Assembly (NCBI GenBank): GCA_964470555.1 | Contig: CAYYDG010000030.1 | Coordinates: 12,954 to 76,953 of the forward strand | Reading direction: 5' to 3' | Source: an uncultured Heliomicrobium sp. | Lineage (GTDB): Bacteria; Acidobacteriota; Blastocatellia; RBC074 | DNA: 64,000 nucleotides | Shown: piece by piece, positions 1 through 9,663 of the stretch | How positions within the stretch are numbered: position 1 is the first letter of the stretch | Layout: each line of letters starts with the position of its first letter | The notes under the pieces: generated by a model | Told to the model about the DNA's origin: nothing | What the model saw: the letters and a program-made list of their open reading frames with translations, nothing else | The model's database searches: none | Program-made: the position numbers and the translations under genes

Positions 1-364
1 TGTGAAATCGGTTCGGCTACTGTTTTCAACGTGGGGAAATCCTCCTTCGCCGGTATGCTAGCCCGGCGATTTGAAATCAGCAAAGTCGAATCATATAGAG
101 CATTGAACAGACTGAAGTAAAAACGGCTGAGGAAAGAAAATCGAAACAATGCAGCGACCGAGAGTGAACACGTGTCGGCGGGCTTCCCCCGTTGCCCGCC
201 AACGCCCGGTCGTTTTCACTTGCGGTCGCTGCGTTGAACCAGAAGCGGCGGACGCGAATCATCGCCGCTGCTGATTGAAGTCGTTTTTTCGCCTTCACTC
301 ATATATGCGAAAAACACCGGGGAAACCTCTAACGGCGATGAAGATTTTTTTTCAGGCAGGGCGT

Positions 365-370
365 TATAAT
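365..370 (+). promoter_or_regulatory. Consensus -10 hexamer TATAAT 11 nt upstream of the ECF sigma start codon, which suggests a leaderless or near-leaderless transcript; no good -35
   Basis: TATAAT at 365-370, ATG at 382, no Shine-Dalgarno in the 11-nt spacer. Confidence 0.3.
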
Positions 371-381
371 CCGCGCCGCTC

Positions 382-954
382 ATGACAAATCCATCTGAAC
401 AACCCAACGTGACGCAACTGCTGCTGGCCTGGAACGATGGCGACGAAGCCGCGCGCGATGAATTGTTGCCGCTGGTGTATCAGGAATTGCACCGGTTGGC
501 CGGACGGTATCTGGGGCGGGAACGCACAGGACATACGTTGCAAGCGACGGCGCTGGTGCATGAAGCGTATCTGCGTATGGTCAATCAACAGGATGTGAAC
601 TGGCAAAATCGCGCGCACTTTTTTGCGGTGTCGGCTCAGATGATGCGGCGGATTCTGGTGGATCACGCGCGCAGCCGCCACATGGCCAAACGCGGAGGCG
701 GCGCTCAACAAGTTGATCTGGAAGAAGCGCTGGTGGTTTCGGACGAACGCGCGGCAGAAGTCGTCGCGCTGGACGATGCTTTGAAATCGCTGGCGCAATT
801 CGACGAACGCAAAAGCCGCATGGTCGAACTGCGATTTTTCGGCGGCTTGAGCATTGAAGAAACCGCTGAAATCCTGGGCGTCTCGCCCGGCACCGTGATG
901 CGCGATTGGACGTTGGCCAAAGCGTGGTTGCAACGGGAAATCGAAAAAGAGTAG
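382..954 (+). CDS. ECF-type RNA polymerase sigma-70 factor (kinase-associated type; region 2 LVHEAYLRM and region 4 HTH ETAEILGVSPGTV)
   Basis: 190-aa ORF with sigma-70 r2/r4 motifs; Ser/Thr kinase gene immediately downstream. Confidence 0.85.
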   Translation: MTNPSEQPNVTQLLLAWNDGDEAARDELLPLVYQELHRLAGRYLGRERTGHTLQATALVHEAYLRMVNQQDVNWQNRAHFFAVSAQMMRRILVDHARSRHMAKRGGGAQQVDLEEALVVSDERAAEVVALDDALKSLAQFDERKSRMVELRFFGGLSIEETAEILGVSPGTVMRDWTLAKAWLQREIEKE

Positions 955-1031
955 TCAGGAGTCAGTAGGCGGTAGTCGGCATCTGAGTTCCGAATAACTA
1001 CCGATTACCGAATCCCGATTACCGACTACTT

Positions 1032-2228
1032 ATGCAAACAGATCGCTGGCAAAAAATCGAAGCCCTGTTTCATCAGGCGTTGGAACGACCGCAACAGCAA
1101 CGAGCGGCTTTTCTGGCTGCCGTTTGCGAAAACGATTTGGAATTGTTGCGCGAAGTCGAATCGCTGCTCGGCGCTCACCAGCAAAACGGCGGAGCGTTGG
1201 AAACTCCTGCTTCTGATCTGGCCGCAGACTGGGCGAAGGCCAAACAGCAGGCTTCTCCCAATTCGGTTCTGGTTGTTTCAAGTTCCAGAACGGAAAAGTT
1301 GAAGCTGAATCAATTCGGTTCGTATCAGGTCATTGGCAAACTCGGCAAAGGCGGAATGGGCGATGTTTACCTGGCCGAAGACCTGCGATTGCGAAGAAAA
1401 GTCGCGCTCAAATTGCTGCCCGCCGAATTGACGAATCGCAAAGAATGGTTGCGCCGCTTTGAACTGGAAGCGTTGGCCGCCAGCGCGACCAACCATCCGA
1501 ACATCATCACCATTTACGAAATCGGCAAAATCGAAGAAACGCATTTCATCGCCGTCGAATATGTCGAAGGCAAAACCTTGCGCCAGATGATCGCTGCCGG
1601 GCGGTTGGAATGTTTGACGGCGATGGACATTGCCGCGCAAATCGCCGCCGCGTTGTCGGCAGCGCACGCGGCAGGCGTGCATCACCGCGACATCAAACCC
1701 GAAAACATCATGGTTCGCCCGGACGGATTGGTGAAAGTGCTGGATTTCGGTTTGGCCAAACAGGCGAAAACGCCTTCGTTGTTGACCAGTTCCAATGCGA
1801 CGACGGCGGTTGAAGTTTACACTGCGCCGGGGATGGTAATGGGAACGCCGCAATATATGTCGTCTGAACAGGCGCGCGGACTGGGCGTGGATTACCGAAC
1901 GGATATTTTCAGTTTGGGCGCTGTGCTGTACGAAATGCTGACCGGGCGCGCGGCATTTGGCGGCGCCGAGCTGATAGAGATTCTGGCGGCGGTGGCGCAT
2001 CGCGAACCCGAACCATTGAAAAACCTTGCGCCGGAAATTCCCGACCGATTGTCGTTGATTGTCGAACGCGCGCTCAAAAAAGACCGCGAACAAAGATTTC
2101 AAACCGCCGCTGAATTTCAAATGGCCTTGAAGGAATTGAAACGGGAACTGGAGATCGAAGCTTTGTTGGAGCAACGGAAAAGCTCCAACTGGATGAAACG
2201 GCTGTTCGCCCGATTCGGAAAAAACTGA
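1032..2228 (+). CDS. Ser/Thr protein kinase with N-terminal ECF-sigma-associated (anti-sigma-like) domain
   Basis: Kinase motifs GKGGMGDVY, VALK, HRDIKPENIM, DFGLAK; N-terminal RW..ALE..FL..C..D..L..E.ESLLGAH shared with the kinase at 21539. Confidence 0.85.
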   Translation: MQTDRWQKIEALFHQALERPQQQRAAFLAAVCENDLELLREVESLLGAHQQNGGALETPASDLAADWAKAKQQASPNSVLVVSSSRTEKLKLNQFGSYQVIGKLGKGGMGDVYLAEDLRLRRKVALKLLPAELTNRKEWLRRFELEALAASATNHPNIITIYEIGKIEETHFIAVEYVEGKTLRQMIAAGRLECLTAMDIAAQIAAALSAAHAAGVHHRDIKPENIMVRPDGLVKVLDFGLAKQAKTPSLLTSSNATTAVEVYTAPGMVMGTPQYMSSEQARGLGVDYRTDIFSLGAVLYEMLTGRAAFGGAELIEILAAVAHREPEPLKNLAPEIPDRLSLIVERALKKDREQRFQTAAEFQMALKELKRELEIEALLEQRKSSNWMKRLFARFGKN

Positions 2229-2261
2229 ATTGAATGGCAATGGCCGGAAAAGACAATTGTT

Positions 2262-2783
2262 ATGGAAAACAACGAAACGCATAGCTCAAGCACGACTGAG
2301 CAAGTCGAAGAATTTCACTCGCTCGATCCGCGCGCAATCAGTTTGTGGCGAACGACGTATCTGGTCAGCTTCGGCATTTTCATTCTGGTGATGCTGGCGG
2401 TTGCCGTCAGTCTGGGAATCGCCGTCCCGGCGGCGCGAATCTGGATGGCGACTGGGTGGATGGCGCTAACGGCGTTTTGTCTGTGGTTCAGTTTCTGGTT
2501 TCCTGCGCGATATTACAGAACCTGGCGTTGGCGGATTGACGCCAAAGTTCTGGAAATTCGCAGCGGGCGATTGGTCGAACGCGCGCGACTGATTCCGTTG
2601 AATCGTTTGCAGCACGTTGATCTGGAACGTGGTCTGTTTGAACGCATGTATGGACTGTCGTCGCTGATTATTCATACGGCTGGAACTCACGCGGCCAGCA
2701 CCAGAATTCCGGGACTCGAAGCCGACGAAGCCGCGCGTTTGCGTGATCATCTGGTCGAAATCGGAGGCGATGATGCCGTTTGA
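2262..2783 (+). CDS. YdbS-like membrane protein with bacterial PH (bPH_2) domain
   Basis: Two N-terminal TM helices followed by a single bPH domain; overlaps the next gene. Confidence 0.7.
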   Translation: MENNETHSSSTTEQVEEFHSLDPRAISLWRTTYLVSFGIFILVMLAVAVSLGIAVPAARIWMATGWMALTAFCLWFSFWFPARYYRTWRWRIDAKVLEIRSGRLVERARLIPLNRLQHVDLERGLFERMYGLSSLIIHTAGTHAASTRIPGLEADEAARLRDHLVEIGGDDAV

Positions 2784-4332
2784 AGACCTCACTCCGCCAC
2801 AGGCGCTGGAAAAACTGGGACAGGGAATCAAGGTCTTTGAAGGCCGATTGCATCCGTTGACCCTGATCGTCAGTTTTTTGAAGTACGGACGTGCGTTGAT
2901 TCCTGCGTTGGCTCTGGTTTTGTTCGGCAATCGTTGGGCCGGAGCGCCGCTGCTGTTTTTTGCACTGATTGGATTGGCGGCGACGGCCATCAAGTATTTT
3001 TCCTTCAGTTATCGAATCGAAAACAACGAATTGATTACGCAGGAAGGGGTGATAGAAAAACGGCAGCGTCACATCCCGCTCGAACGCATTCAGGAAATCA
3101 GCATTGAACAAGGTGTATTGCATCGTTTGTTGGGCGTGGTGGACGCCAAAATCGAAACCGGAAGCGGCGGCGGCGCAGAGGCGAGTTTATCTGTTCTGTC
3201 GCGCGCCGAAGCGGACAAGTTGCGCCAGATGGTGTTTGCTCATGCAGCGGCGATTCGCGCCGAAAAAACTGCGCCTGAAGACGCAGTCACGAATGAAGCG
3301 TCTGTCGTTGAACCCGAAACGGTTGTCATTCGCCGCTTGAGCGTAAGGGACCTGGCGCTTGCCGGGCTGACGTCGAATCATTTGTTGTCTGCGCTGGCTC
3401 TGGCCGGAGCGATCTGGAATTTCGCGGACGATCTGTTGCCGGATGCCATTTACGCTAAAACCATAAGATTGATTTCTCAGGAAGCAAAGCATTGGGCCAA
3501 TCAGGGAATCGAATGGGCGATTGCCGTTACCGTCGGCGGCATTCTGGCCGTCGCTCTGATCGGAATCGTTTTTTCAGTCGTCGGTTCGATTGCGTTGTTT
3601 TACGGATTCACCTTTTCGCGGCGAGGCGACGATTTGCAGCGCCGATACGGATTGTTGACCAGACGGTCGTCCAGTTTGCCGCGTCGCAGAATTCAGGTGC
3701 TGGAAATCGAGGAAAAAGCGTTGCGCCGATTGTTCGGCTGGGCGACGTTGCGAGCCGACACTTCCGGGCGTGGGCGTGAAGATAGCGACGACAACAAAGG
3801 CCGCGACGTGTTGTTGCCTATTGTGCCGGTGCGCGACGTGGATGAACTCTTGCCAGTAATTTTTCTCGATGTGAGTTTTGCCGAAACCGATTGGCGACGA
3901 GTTTCTTCGCGGGCGGTGTTGCGCGAAACCGTCGAAACCGCCGTTGTTTGTCTGGTCATTGCCGCGGCGCTGTTTTTCTGGAGCGGGAGTTGGTGGGCGT
4001 TGTTGCCGCTGGTTCTGGTTCCGTTGGCGTATTGGCTGTTCGGATTCAGCTATCGCCAGATTGGTTACAATTTGGGTGACGCCTATTTGCGAACACGACG
4101 CGGCTGGTTGGGACGTTCCACTCACATTGTGCCGATCAACAAAATTCAAACGGTCGAAGTTCGCCAATCGCCGTTTGATCGTTGGTGGGGAATGGCGACT
4201 CTGACGGTGGACACCGCCGGACAAGCCTTCACCGGAGGCGGCCCTCAGGTCAGCAACCTGCCCATTGCCGAAGCGCGAGAACTGGCCGCCAGGTTGGCTC
4301 GGCGAGCGGCAGTCACCGAGTACAAATGGTAA
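2773..4332 (+). CDS. YdbT-like membrane protein with three bPH_2 domains
   Basis: Repeated TM-pair plus bPH modules; start shifted to the ATG at 2773 that has a GGAGG 5 nt upstream (the ORF track opens at 2743). Confidence 0.7.
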   Translation: MPFEDLTPPQALEKLGQGIKVFEGRLHPLTLIVSFLKYGRALIPALALVLFGNRWAGAPLLFFALIGLAATAIKYFSFSYRIENNELITQEGVIEKRQRHIPLERIQEISIEQGVLHRLLGVVDAKIETGSGGGAEASLSVLSRAEADKLRQMVFAHAAAIRAEKTAPEDAVTNEASVVEPETVVIRRLSVRDLALAGLTSNHLLSALALAGAIWNFADDLLPDAIYAKTIRLISQEAKHWANQGIEWAIAVTVGGILAVALIGIVFSVVGSIALFYGFTFSRRGDDLQRRYGLLTRRSSSLPRRRIQVLEIEEKALRRLFGWATLRADTSGRGREDSDDNKGRDVLLPIVPVRDVDELLPVIFLDVSFAETDWRRVSSRAVLRETVETAVVCLVIAAALFFWSGSWWALLPLVLVPLAYWLFGFSYRQIGYNLGDAYLRTRRGWLGRSTHIVPINKIQTVEVRQSPFDRWWGMATLTVDTAGQAFTGGGPQVSNLPIAEARELAARLARRAAVTEYKW

Positions 4333-4402
4333 GTGATGAAACGCAACTTCACTTTTCGTTGATGGCGAGAGCATAATCCTTTGCCACAAGGAGGTTTTAG
4401 CT

Positions 4403-5035
4403 ATGAGTACACCAAAAGCAAAGCTGGTCAGCCATTTCTCGGAAGAAGAATATCTGGCGATGGAACGTGCTTCGGATGAGAAGCACGAATATCTTGACGG
4501 CCATACTTATGCGATGGCGGGCGAAATGCCTGCTCACGGTAAGATCAGTGTCAATCTGGTTGGGGAGTTGTTTGCACAGTTGAAAGGCTCGCAATGTGAA
4601 TTGTTCACCAAAGACACGAAAGTCCGCACTGGCCCTGACCCGAATCCAGGCTGGCCGCCGAAAGGATTGTTTTCCTATCCAGACGTGGTGATCGTTTGTG
4701 GCGAAGCAAAGTACCACGATCCATACCGCGATGTGCTGCTCAATCCCAAAGTCATCATTGAAGTTTTGTCCGAAGGAACCGCCGGGTTCGATTACAGCGA
4801 AAAGTTTCGCCGCTACCGCGAATGGCTGCCTTCGCTGGAAGAGTACATTCTGGTTTCGTCCCTGGAAGTGATGGTCGAACATTTCCGCAAACAGCCGAGC
4901 GGAGATTGGTTGTTGACGACCATCAGGAATTTGAATGCTCTGCTCAGGCTGGAATCGGTCGGTTGCGAAGTGCGGTTGAGCGACGTTTATGCGCGTGTCA
5001 ATTTCGAGTCAGACGATCCTGAATTGGCCGAATGA
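4403..5035 (+). CDS. Uma2-family (DUF820) putative restriction-endonuclease-like protein
   Basis: EYLAMERASDEKHEYLDGHTYAMAGE... motifs; strong RBS AAGGAGG. Confidence 0.75.
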   Translation: MSTPKAKLVSHFSEEEYLAMERASDEKHEYLDGHTYAMAGEMPAHGKISVNLVGELFAQLKGSQCELFTKDTKVRTGPDPNPGWPPKGLFSYPDVVIVCGEAKYHDPYRDVLLNPKVIIEVLSEGTAGFDYSEKFRRYREWLPSLEEYILVSSLEVMVEHFRKQPSGDWLLTTIRNLNALLRLESVGCEVRLSDVYARVNFESDDPELAE

Positions 5036-5402
5036 CCCGGCTGCTTGCCTCTCAATTCAGTCTTTCCATTTTTTCGGAATCATCTTTGCGATTTCAGGAT
5101 TTGGCATTCCTTCAATCAATGATATGCCAATTCAGTCCAAGCATTAATGACCGCCAGCCAAACAGTTAGCCGGAAATTTGCATTTAATTCACAATTGGAA
5201 TATCAATTGCCTCGCTTTAGCTGCGTATACTTACGCAATCATCAAAAATTCAGATAAATTCAGGTATTGGTTTTCGGACTCTCGTTTGGAAGTTAATGTC
5301 AGCGGCAAACTAGATTTTTGTCCGGCTGTTTCCATACTCGTAGTTTGCGAGACACCCTAACGCAAGCAATTCTGCGTGCGAAACTTTTCAGGAGAAATTT
5401 CA

Positions 5403-8400
5403 ATGAGACATCAGAACTATTTTGTTCGTGCATTGCTCGGCGTGATGTTGCCAATCTTGTTGGCAGCCACGATTTTGGCACAGGGCACGACTTCTCGCGT
5501 GACCGGTACGGTGACGGATCAAAGCGGCGCGGCAGTTACAGGCGCGACTGTCACCTTGACTAATACTGCGACGACAGCCACGTTTACGACGACCACCTCC
5601 ACCAGCGGCGTTTATGTTTTTGAATCGGTTCAAGTCGGGGCATACACCGTTGCTGTGACAAAGGACGGTTTCAAGAAATTCACGTCTTCCGGTAACGATG
5701 TCAGTCTGGGACGCCCGACGACCGTTGACGTGCAGTTGGAAATCGGCGCGGTCAACGATGTGGTGCAGGTCGAAGCTTCGGCGGAACTGGTGCAAACCAG
5801 CAGTTCGGGGAATTTCGGCAACACCGTCGAACAGCGTGCGCTGGAAGCTTTGCCGATTGTCGGCACCCGCGGACGCAATCCGCTGACCTTCATCAACTTT
5901 CAGCCCGGCGTTTCGGTTGGAGCTAACACGGGCGGCGGCGTTCACGTTCACGGTTCGCGCGACCGTGCATTCAACTTCACGCTCGACGGCATTGACATCA
6001 ACGAATCCAGCGCGGGCGGATCGAACTTCACTCCGTTGCGTCCGAACCCGGACAGCTTGCAGGAATTCCAGATCATCACCGGTAACTTCACCGCCGAAAA
6101 CGGACGCAGCAGCGGCGCGCAGGTGTCGCTGACCACGCGCTCCGGCACCAATGAATGGCACGGCGGATTGTTTGAGTTCTATCAAACGCCGCGTTTTCTG
6201 GCCAACAACTACAACAATAACGTCAACGGTATTCGGCGCGGCCAGTTCGTGCAGCATATTTTCGGCGGCAGCATAGGAGGTCCCGTTTACCTGCCGAAAT
6301 TCGGCGAAGGCGGCAACCCGGTTTACAGCGGCAAAAACAAGACTTTTTTCTTTGCCAATCTGCAAATGCTTCGAACTTACGAAGGCATTGGCGTGACGCG
6401 CACGGTTTACACTCAATCGGCGCGGCAAGGCCTTTTCCGTTACGTGATGGGCGGGCAGAACACACCAGCGGGAACGACTACCCCTTCAGTGAATGCTGAT
6501 GGATCGGTTGCCGCCGGACGCAACATTGGCACGTACAATATCGGCCAGCGCGATCCACTGTGCGCGACCTCACCGTCAACTTGCGGGCTTGATCCGACCA
6601 CGACGGGGCTGATCAACTCCATGCCGTTGCCGAATAACTTTTTCGTCGGCGACGGGTTGAACACGGCGGGATATAGCTGGGTCGCTCCGCAGCGCGAAAA
6701 GCAGTACGATTTCGCCACCAAGGTTGACCACATCATCAACGAACGCCAATCAATTTATGTGCGTTATGCGCAAGGCGAACAGAACACCATCGGCGACAAC
6801 GTCAATGGCGGCTTGCAAGTGTTCCCAAACACCCCAACGCTGGTGGATACGTTCCGCGATCCCAAGAATCTGGCAATCAATCACCGCTGGTCGCCGACCA
6901 ATCGGATGACCAACGAATTCGTCTTCGGGTTCAACCGTTTCGCGTTCAGTTTCGACAACGGCGACAGCGCCTTTGAAACTCGCCCGGCTTTTACGTTCAA
7001 CCTGATTGCCAATCCGTTCAGCAATAACGGCCCTGTTTACAATGCGCGCAAATTGCGAACGACTCAAGTGGTGGATAATTTCAGCGTGATTGCCAATTCC
7101 CACACCTTGAAATTCGGCACGAACTTGCGTTTCCAAGCACACATTGACGACCGTAGTGGGGTGGCAGGTGCGGCGACGGCGGTTGCTGTCAATCTGAGTC
7201 GGGCGGTCAACATCGTGGACATCAATCAGTTCGGTTTGAACACGCTGACGGGGATCAACGTCGCCAACGACCGCGTTCGATTGGAAAACATGATCAACGA
7301 CTTTCTGGGGCGCGTCGGCAGCCTCAGCCAGGCCTTCGTCCAACAGGGCAATCAGTATGGCCCTCCGGGAACGCGATTCCTGTTTACGGCGAATTACCCT
7401 GAATACGATTTTTACGGCCAGGACACCTGGAAATTGCGCCCCAATCTGACGATTGATTACGGTATGCGCTGGGAAGTGAAACTCAGCCCACGCGCAAGCG
7501 ACGGTGGCATAGTTTTACGTCCCAACACGCCGGTTCGCGTCGGCGAAGCCGGACGCAACGATCTGCGCTGGGTCGAAGGCGAATTGTTCGATTCCGATTA
7601 CAACAATTTTGCGCCGACCATTGGCATGGCCTGGGATCCATTCAAATCCGGCAAAACCAGCATTCGCGCCAACTATCGTCTGGCTTACGACCGCATGAAC
7701 ACTTTCGTGTTGTCATCGGCCATTTATCAGAGCGCGCCTGGCGCGACGTTGGCGGTCATCAACCAGGCGTTTGGCCAGGGCGGCGGACGTTTGCGGCAAG
7801 GCCTTCCGACGCTGGCTCCGCCTGCCGGCATCACGCCGGACACTTTGCGTATGCCCGCGGCTTACGGCGTCGGCGCAATCACAGTGGTTGATCCAGACCT
7901 GCGTTCGCCGAAAACGAATCAATGGGGTTTGAGCATTCAGCGCGACATCGGATTCAACTCTGTGGTCGAAGTCAGTTACATCGGTCGGCGCGGCGTTGGT
8001 CTGTACGGCGGTTACAACGCGAACGACGCGAACATCTTCGCCCGCGATTCGCGCTTCAACCAGACTTTCCTGGATGCTTTCAAGGAAGTGAAAGGGAATC
8101 TGCCCGCCACCGGTTCGGCGTTGCCTGCCGGATATTCAAACGCCCTGTTGAACGCGCTGATGCAGCCGCACTCGAATCGTCTGGCCAACGAAAGCGGCAC
8201 GCAAGCCTTTGCCCGATTGTTTGAATCCCAGATTCGATTGAACTCCGTAGGCGCTGTGGCGTCAACGTTGGCGTCGCGTATTCAAAACAATGCGCCGATT
8301 CACGTGACTGCCGGATTTGCGCCGACTTTCTTCCGCGCTTATCCGCAATTCGCCACGATGAACGTGCTGGACAGCAACGACATTTCGACCTACCACGCTT

Positions 8401-9194
8401 TTGAAGCGCAGATCAAACGTCGTTTCCGTTCGGGCATCGGTATGCAAGTCAGCTACACCTGGTCGAAATCGCTTGATACACGTTCGTTCGATCCGGCATT
8501 CACGACGGTGGCCACGGGCAACGCTCAATCCGCATCAAGCACGCCGTTCAACCTGAACAACCGCCTGTTGAATTACGCGCCTTCGGATTTCGACCGCCGC
8601 CATTCGTTGCAGGCGAATTTCGTTTACGAACTTCCGTTCGGCAAAGGCAAGGCCTTGTTCGGCAACGCCAACGGAGTTCTGGATCGGATCATCGGCGGGT
8701 GGGACATCAGTGGCGTATACGCGCTGCAATCCGGTCGCCCGTTCACTGTGTTTTCAGGATCGAACACCTTCGGTTCATCCAATCAAACGCCTGCCAGTTG
8801 CAACGGCTGCCAGAAAGGATTGGGCGAAGCGTTTTTCGATCCCAGCGGCGGAACGACGTTCTTCTTCGATGCGGCCACGCGCGGCACGACGTTCAACACC
8901 GCGAACAACACGCGCGGAATTTTCTTCGTGCCGGATCCGGGGACACTCGGCAACACGGGGCGAAATTTCTTCAACGGCCCGCGTTCTTATGATTTGGATA
9001 TGTCATTTGCCAAGCGCACGCGGATTTTTGAAAACCACACGCTGACGTTTCGCGCGGATTTACAGAACATCACGAACACTCCAGTGCTTGGGTTCCCGAC
9101 GACCACGATCACCGATGCCACATTCGGGCGCATTCGTACTGGCGTGCAAAACTCAGCGCGACGCGTGCAATTCGCTCTGAAGTACAACTTCTAA
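5403..9194 (+). CDS. TonB-dependent-receptor-like outer membrane protein with N-terminal carboxypeptidase-regulatory-like domain
   Basis: Signal peptide, CarboxypepD_reg-like stretch (TGTVTDQSGAAVTGATVTLTN), plug-like region, C-terminal ...FALKYNF; start moved to the ATG at 5403 with AGGAG RBS. Confidence 0.8.
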   Translation: MRHQNYFVRALLGVMLPILLAATILAQGTTSRVTGTVTDQSGAAVTGATVTLTNTATTATFTTTTSTSGVYVFESVQVGAYTVAVTKDGFKKFTSSGNDVSLGRPTTVDVQLEIGAVNDVVQVEASAELVQTSSSGNFGNTVEQRALEALPIVGTRGRNPLTFINFQPGVSVGANTGGGVHVHGSRDRAFNFTLDGIDINESSAGGSNFTPLRPNPDSLQEFQIITGNFTAENGRSSGAQVSLTTRSGTNEWHGGLFEFYQTPRFLANNYNNNVNGIRRGQFVQHIFGGSIGGPVYLPKFGEGGNPVYSGKNKTFFFANLQMLRTYEGIGVTRTVYTQSARQGLFRYVMGGQNTPAGTTTPSVNADGSVAAGRNIGTYNIGQRDPLCATSPSTCGLDPTTTGLINSMPLPNNFFVGDGLNTAGYSWVAPQREKQYDFATKVDHIINERQSIYVRYAQGEQNTIGDNVNGGLQVFPNTPTLVDTFRDPKNLAINHRWSPTNRMTNEFVFGFNRFAFSFDNGDSAFETRPAFTFNLIANPFSNNGPVYNARKLRTTQVVDNFSVIANSHTLKFGTNLRFQAHIDDRSGVAGAATAVAVNLSRAVNIVDINQFGLNTLTGINVANDRVRLENMINDFLGRVGSLSQAFVQQGNQYGPPGTRFLFTANYPEYDFYGQDTWKLRPNLTIDYGMRWEVKLSPRASDGGIVLRPNTPVRVGEAGRNDLRWVEGELFDSDYNNFAPTIGMAWDPFKSGKTSIRANYRLAYDRMNTFVLSSAIYQSAPGATLAVINQAFGQGGGRLRQGLPTLAPPAGITPDTLRMPAAYGVGAITVVDPDLRSPKTNQWGLSIQRDIGFNSVVEVSYIGRRGVGLYGGYNANDANIFARDSRFNQTFLDAFKEVKGNLPATGSALPAGYSNALLNALMQPHSNRLANESGTQAFARLFESQIRLNSVGAVASTLASRIQNNAPIHVTAGFAPTFFRAYPQFATMNVLDSNDISTYHAFEAQIKRRFRSGIGMQVSYTWSKSLDTRSFDPAFTTVATGNAQSASSTPFNLNNRLLNYAPSDFDRRHSLQANFVYELPFGKGKALFGNANGVLDRIIGGWDISGVYALQSGRPFTVFSGSNTFGSSNQTPASCNGCQKGLGEAFFDPSGGTTFFFDAATRGTTFNTANNTRGIFFVPDPGTLGNTGRNFFNGPRSYDLDMSFAKRTRIFENHTLTFRADLQNITNTPVLGFPTTTITDATFGRIRTGVQNSARRVQFALKYNF

Positions 9195-9216
9195 AAAGAC
9201 AGTTTTTCTTGAGCGT

Positions 9217-9265
9217 GAACAGGGTGAGTCTGTCAAATCGGCAGGCTCACCCTGTTTCTTTTCCC
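9217..9265 (+). terminator. Rho-independent terminator after the TonB-like gene
   Basis: ~15-bp stem GAACAGGGTGAG.CTG/CAG.CTCACCCTGTT followed by TCTTTTCC. Confidence 0.6.
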
Positions 9266-9362
9266 GACCAGAATCTATTCATGATCAACCGAAGAGTCTG
9301 ACAAGCTGCCAACTTGTCTTGGTCATGGGTAATAAAGCATCGAGCTGCCAAATGAGCCGCCG

Positions 9363-9391
9363 ACAAGCTGGCAGCTTGTAGGACTTTTTTT
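9363..9391 (+). terminator. Second palindromic hairpin plus T-tract (tandem terminator)
   Basis: ACAAGCTGGCAGCTTGT palindrome followed by AGGACTTTTTTT. Confidence 0.45.
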
Positions 9392-9501
9392 CAGCCAGCC
9401 GGAGCTTTCAGTTTGAACCTGTGATTTTCACTACCGAAGACCTGGCGAAGTTGATGTGCCCGGCAGGTGAAAATACTTGAACCGCAACCTTGTCTCTGGC
9501 G

Positions 9502-9531
9502 TTGAGATGCCGTCGAGTGTTCTGGTATATT
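9502..9531 (+). promoter_or_regulatory. Candidate sigma-70 promoter TTGAGA-18-TATATT upstream of the SPOR-domain gene
   Basis: Hexamers read directly from the sequence; ~130 nt upstream of the start at 9664. Confidence 0.35.
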
Positions 9532-9663
9532 CCCCCCGCCGATGATCGTATCCCCGCATCCCAGACTTTATCGGCCACCAAATTCAAGATCGAAATTTAG
9601 AACTTCCATCGTTGCCCAAAACGAAGTAGAGGGCTACCTCACTATTTATCAAGGTAGGGCAAA

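Noticed and set aside
77-407. Small minus-strand ORFs at the window start
   Set aside because: No RBS or motifs. The region is better explained as the promoter/5' region of the ECF sigma gene.
5400-6428. Long antisense ORFs (e.g. 5400-6428 minus, 11685-12665 plus, 26484-28397 plus, 27217-28290 minus, 34007-35350 minus, 59439-60172 minus)
   Set aside because: They lie wholly inside strongly supported genes on the opposite strand. They are Arg/Gly/Ala-rich with no motifs, which is the typical high-GC open-frame artefact.
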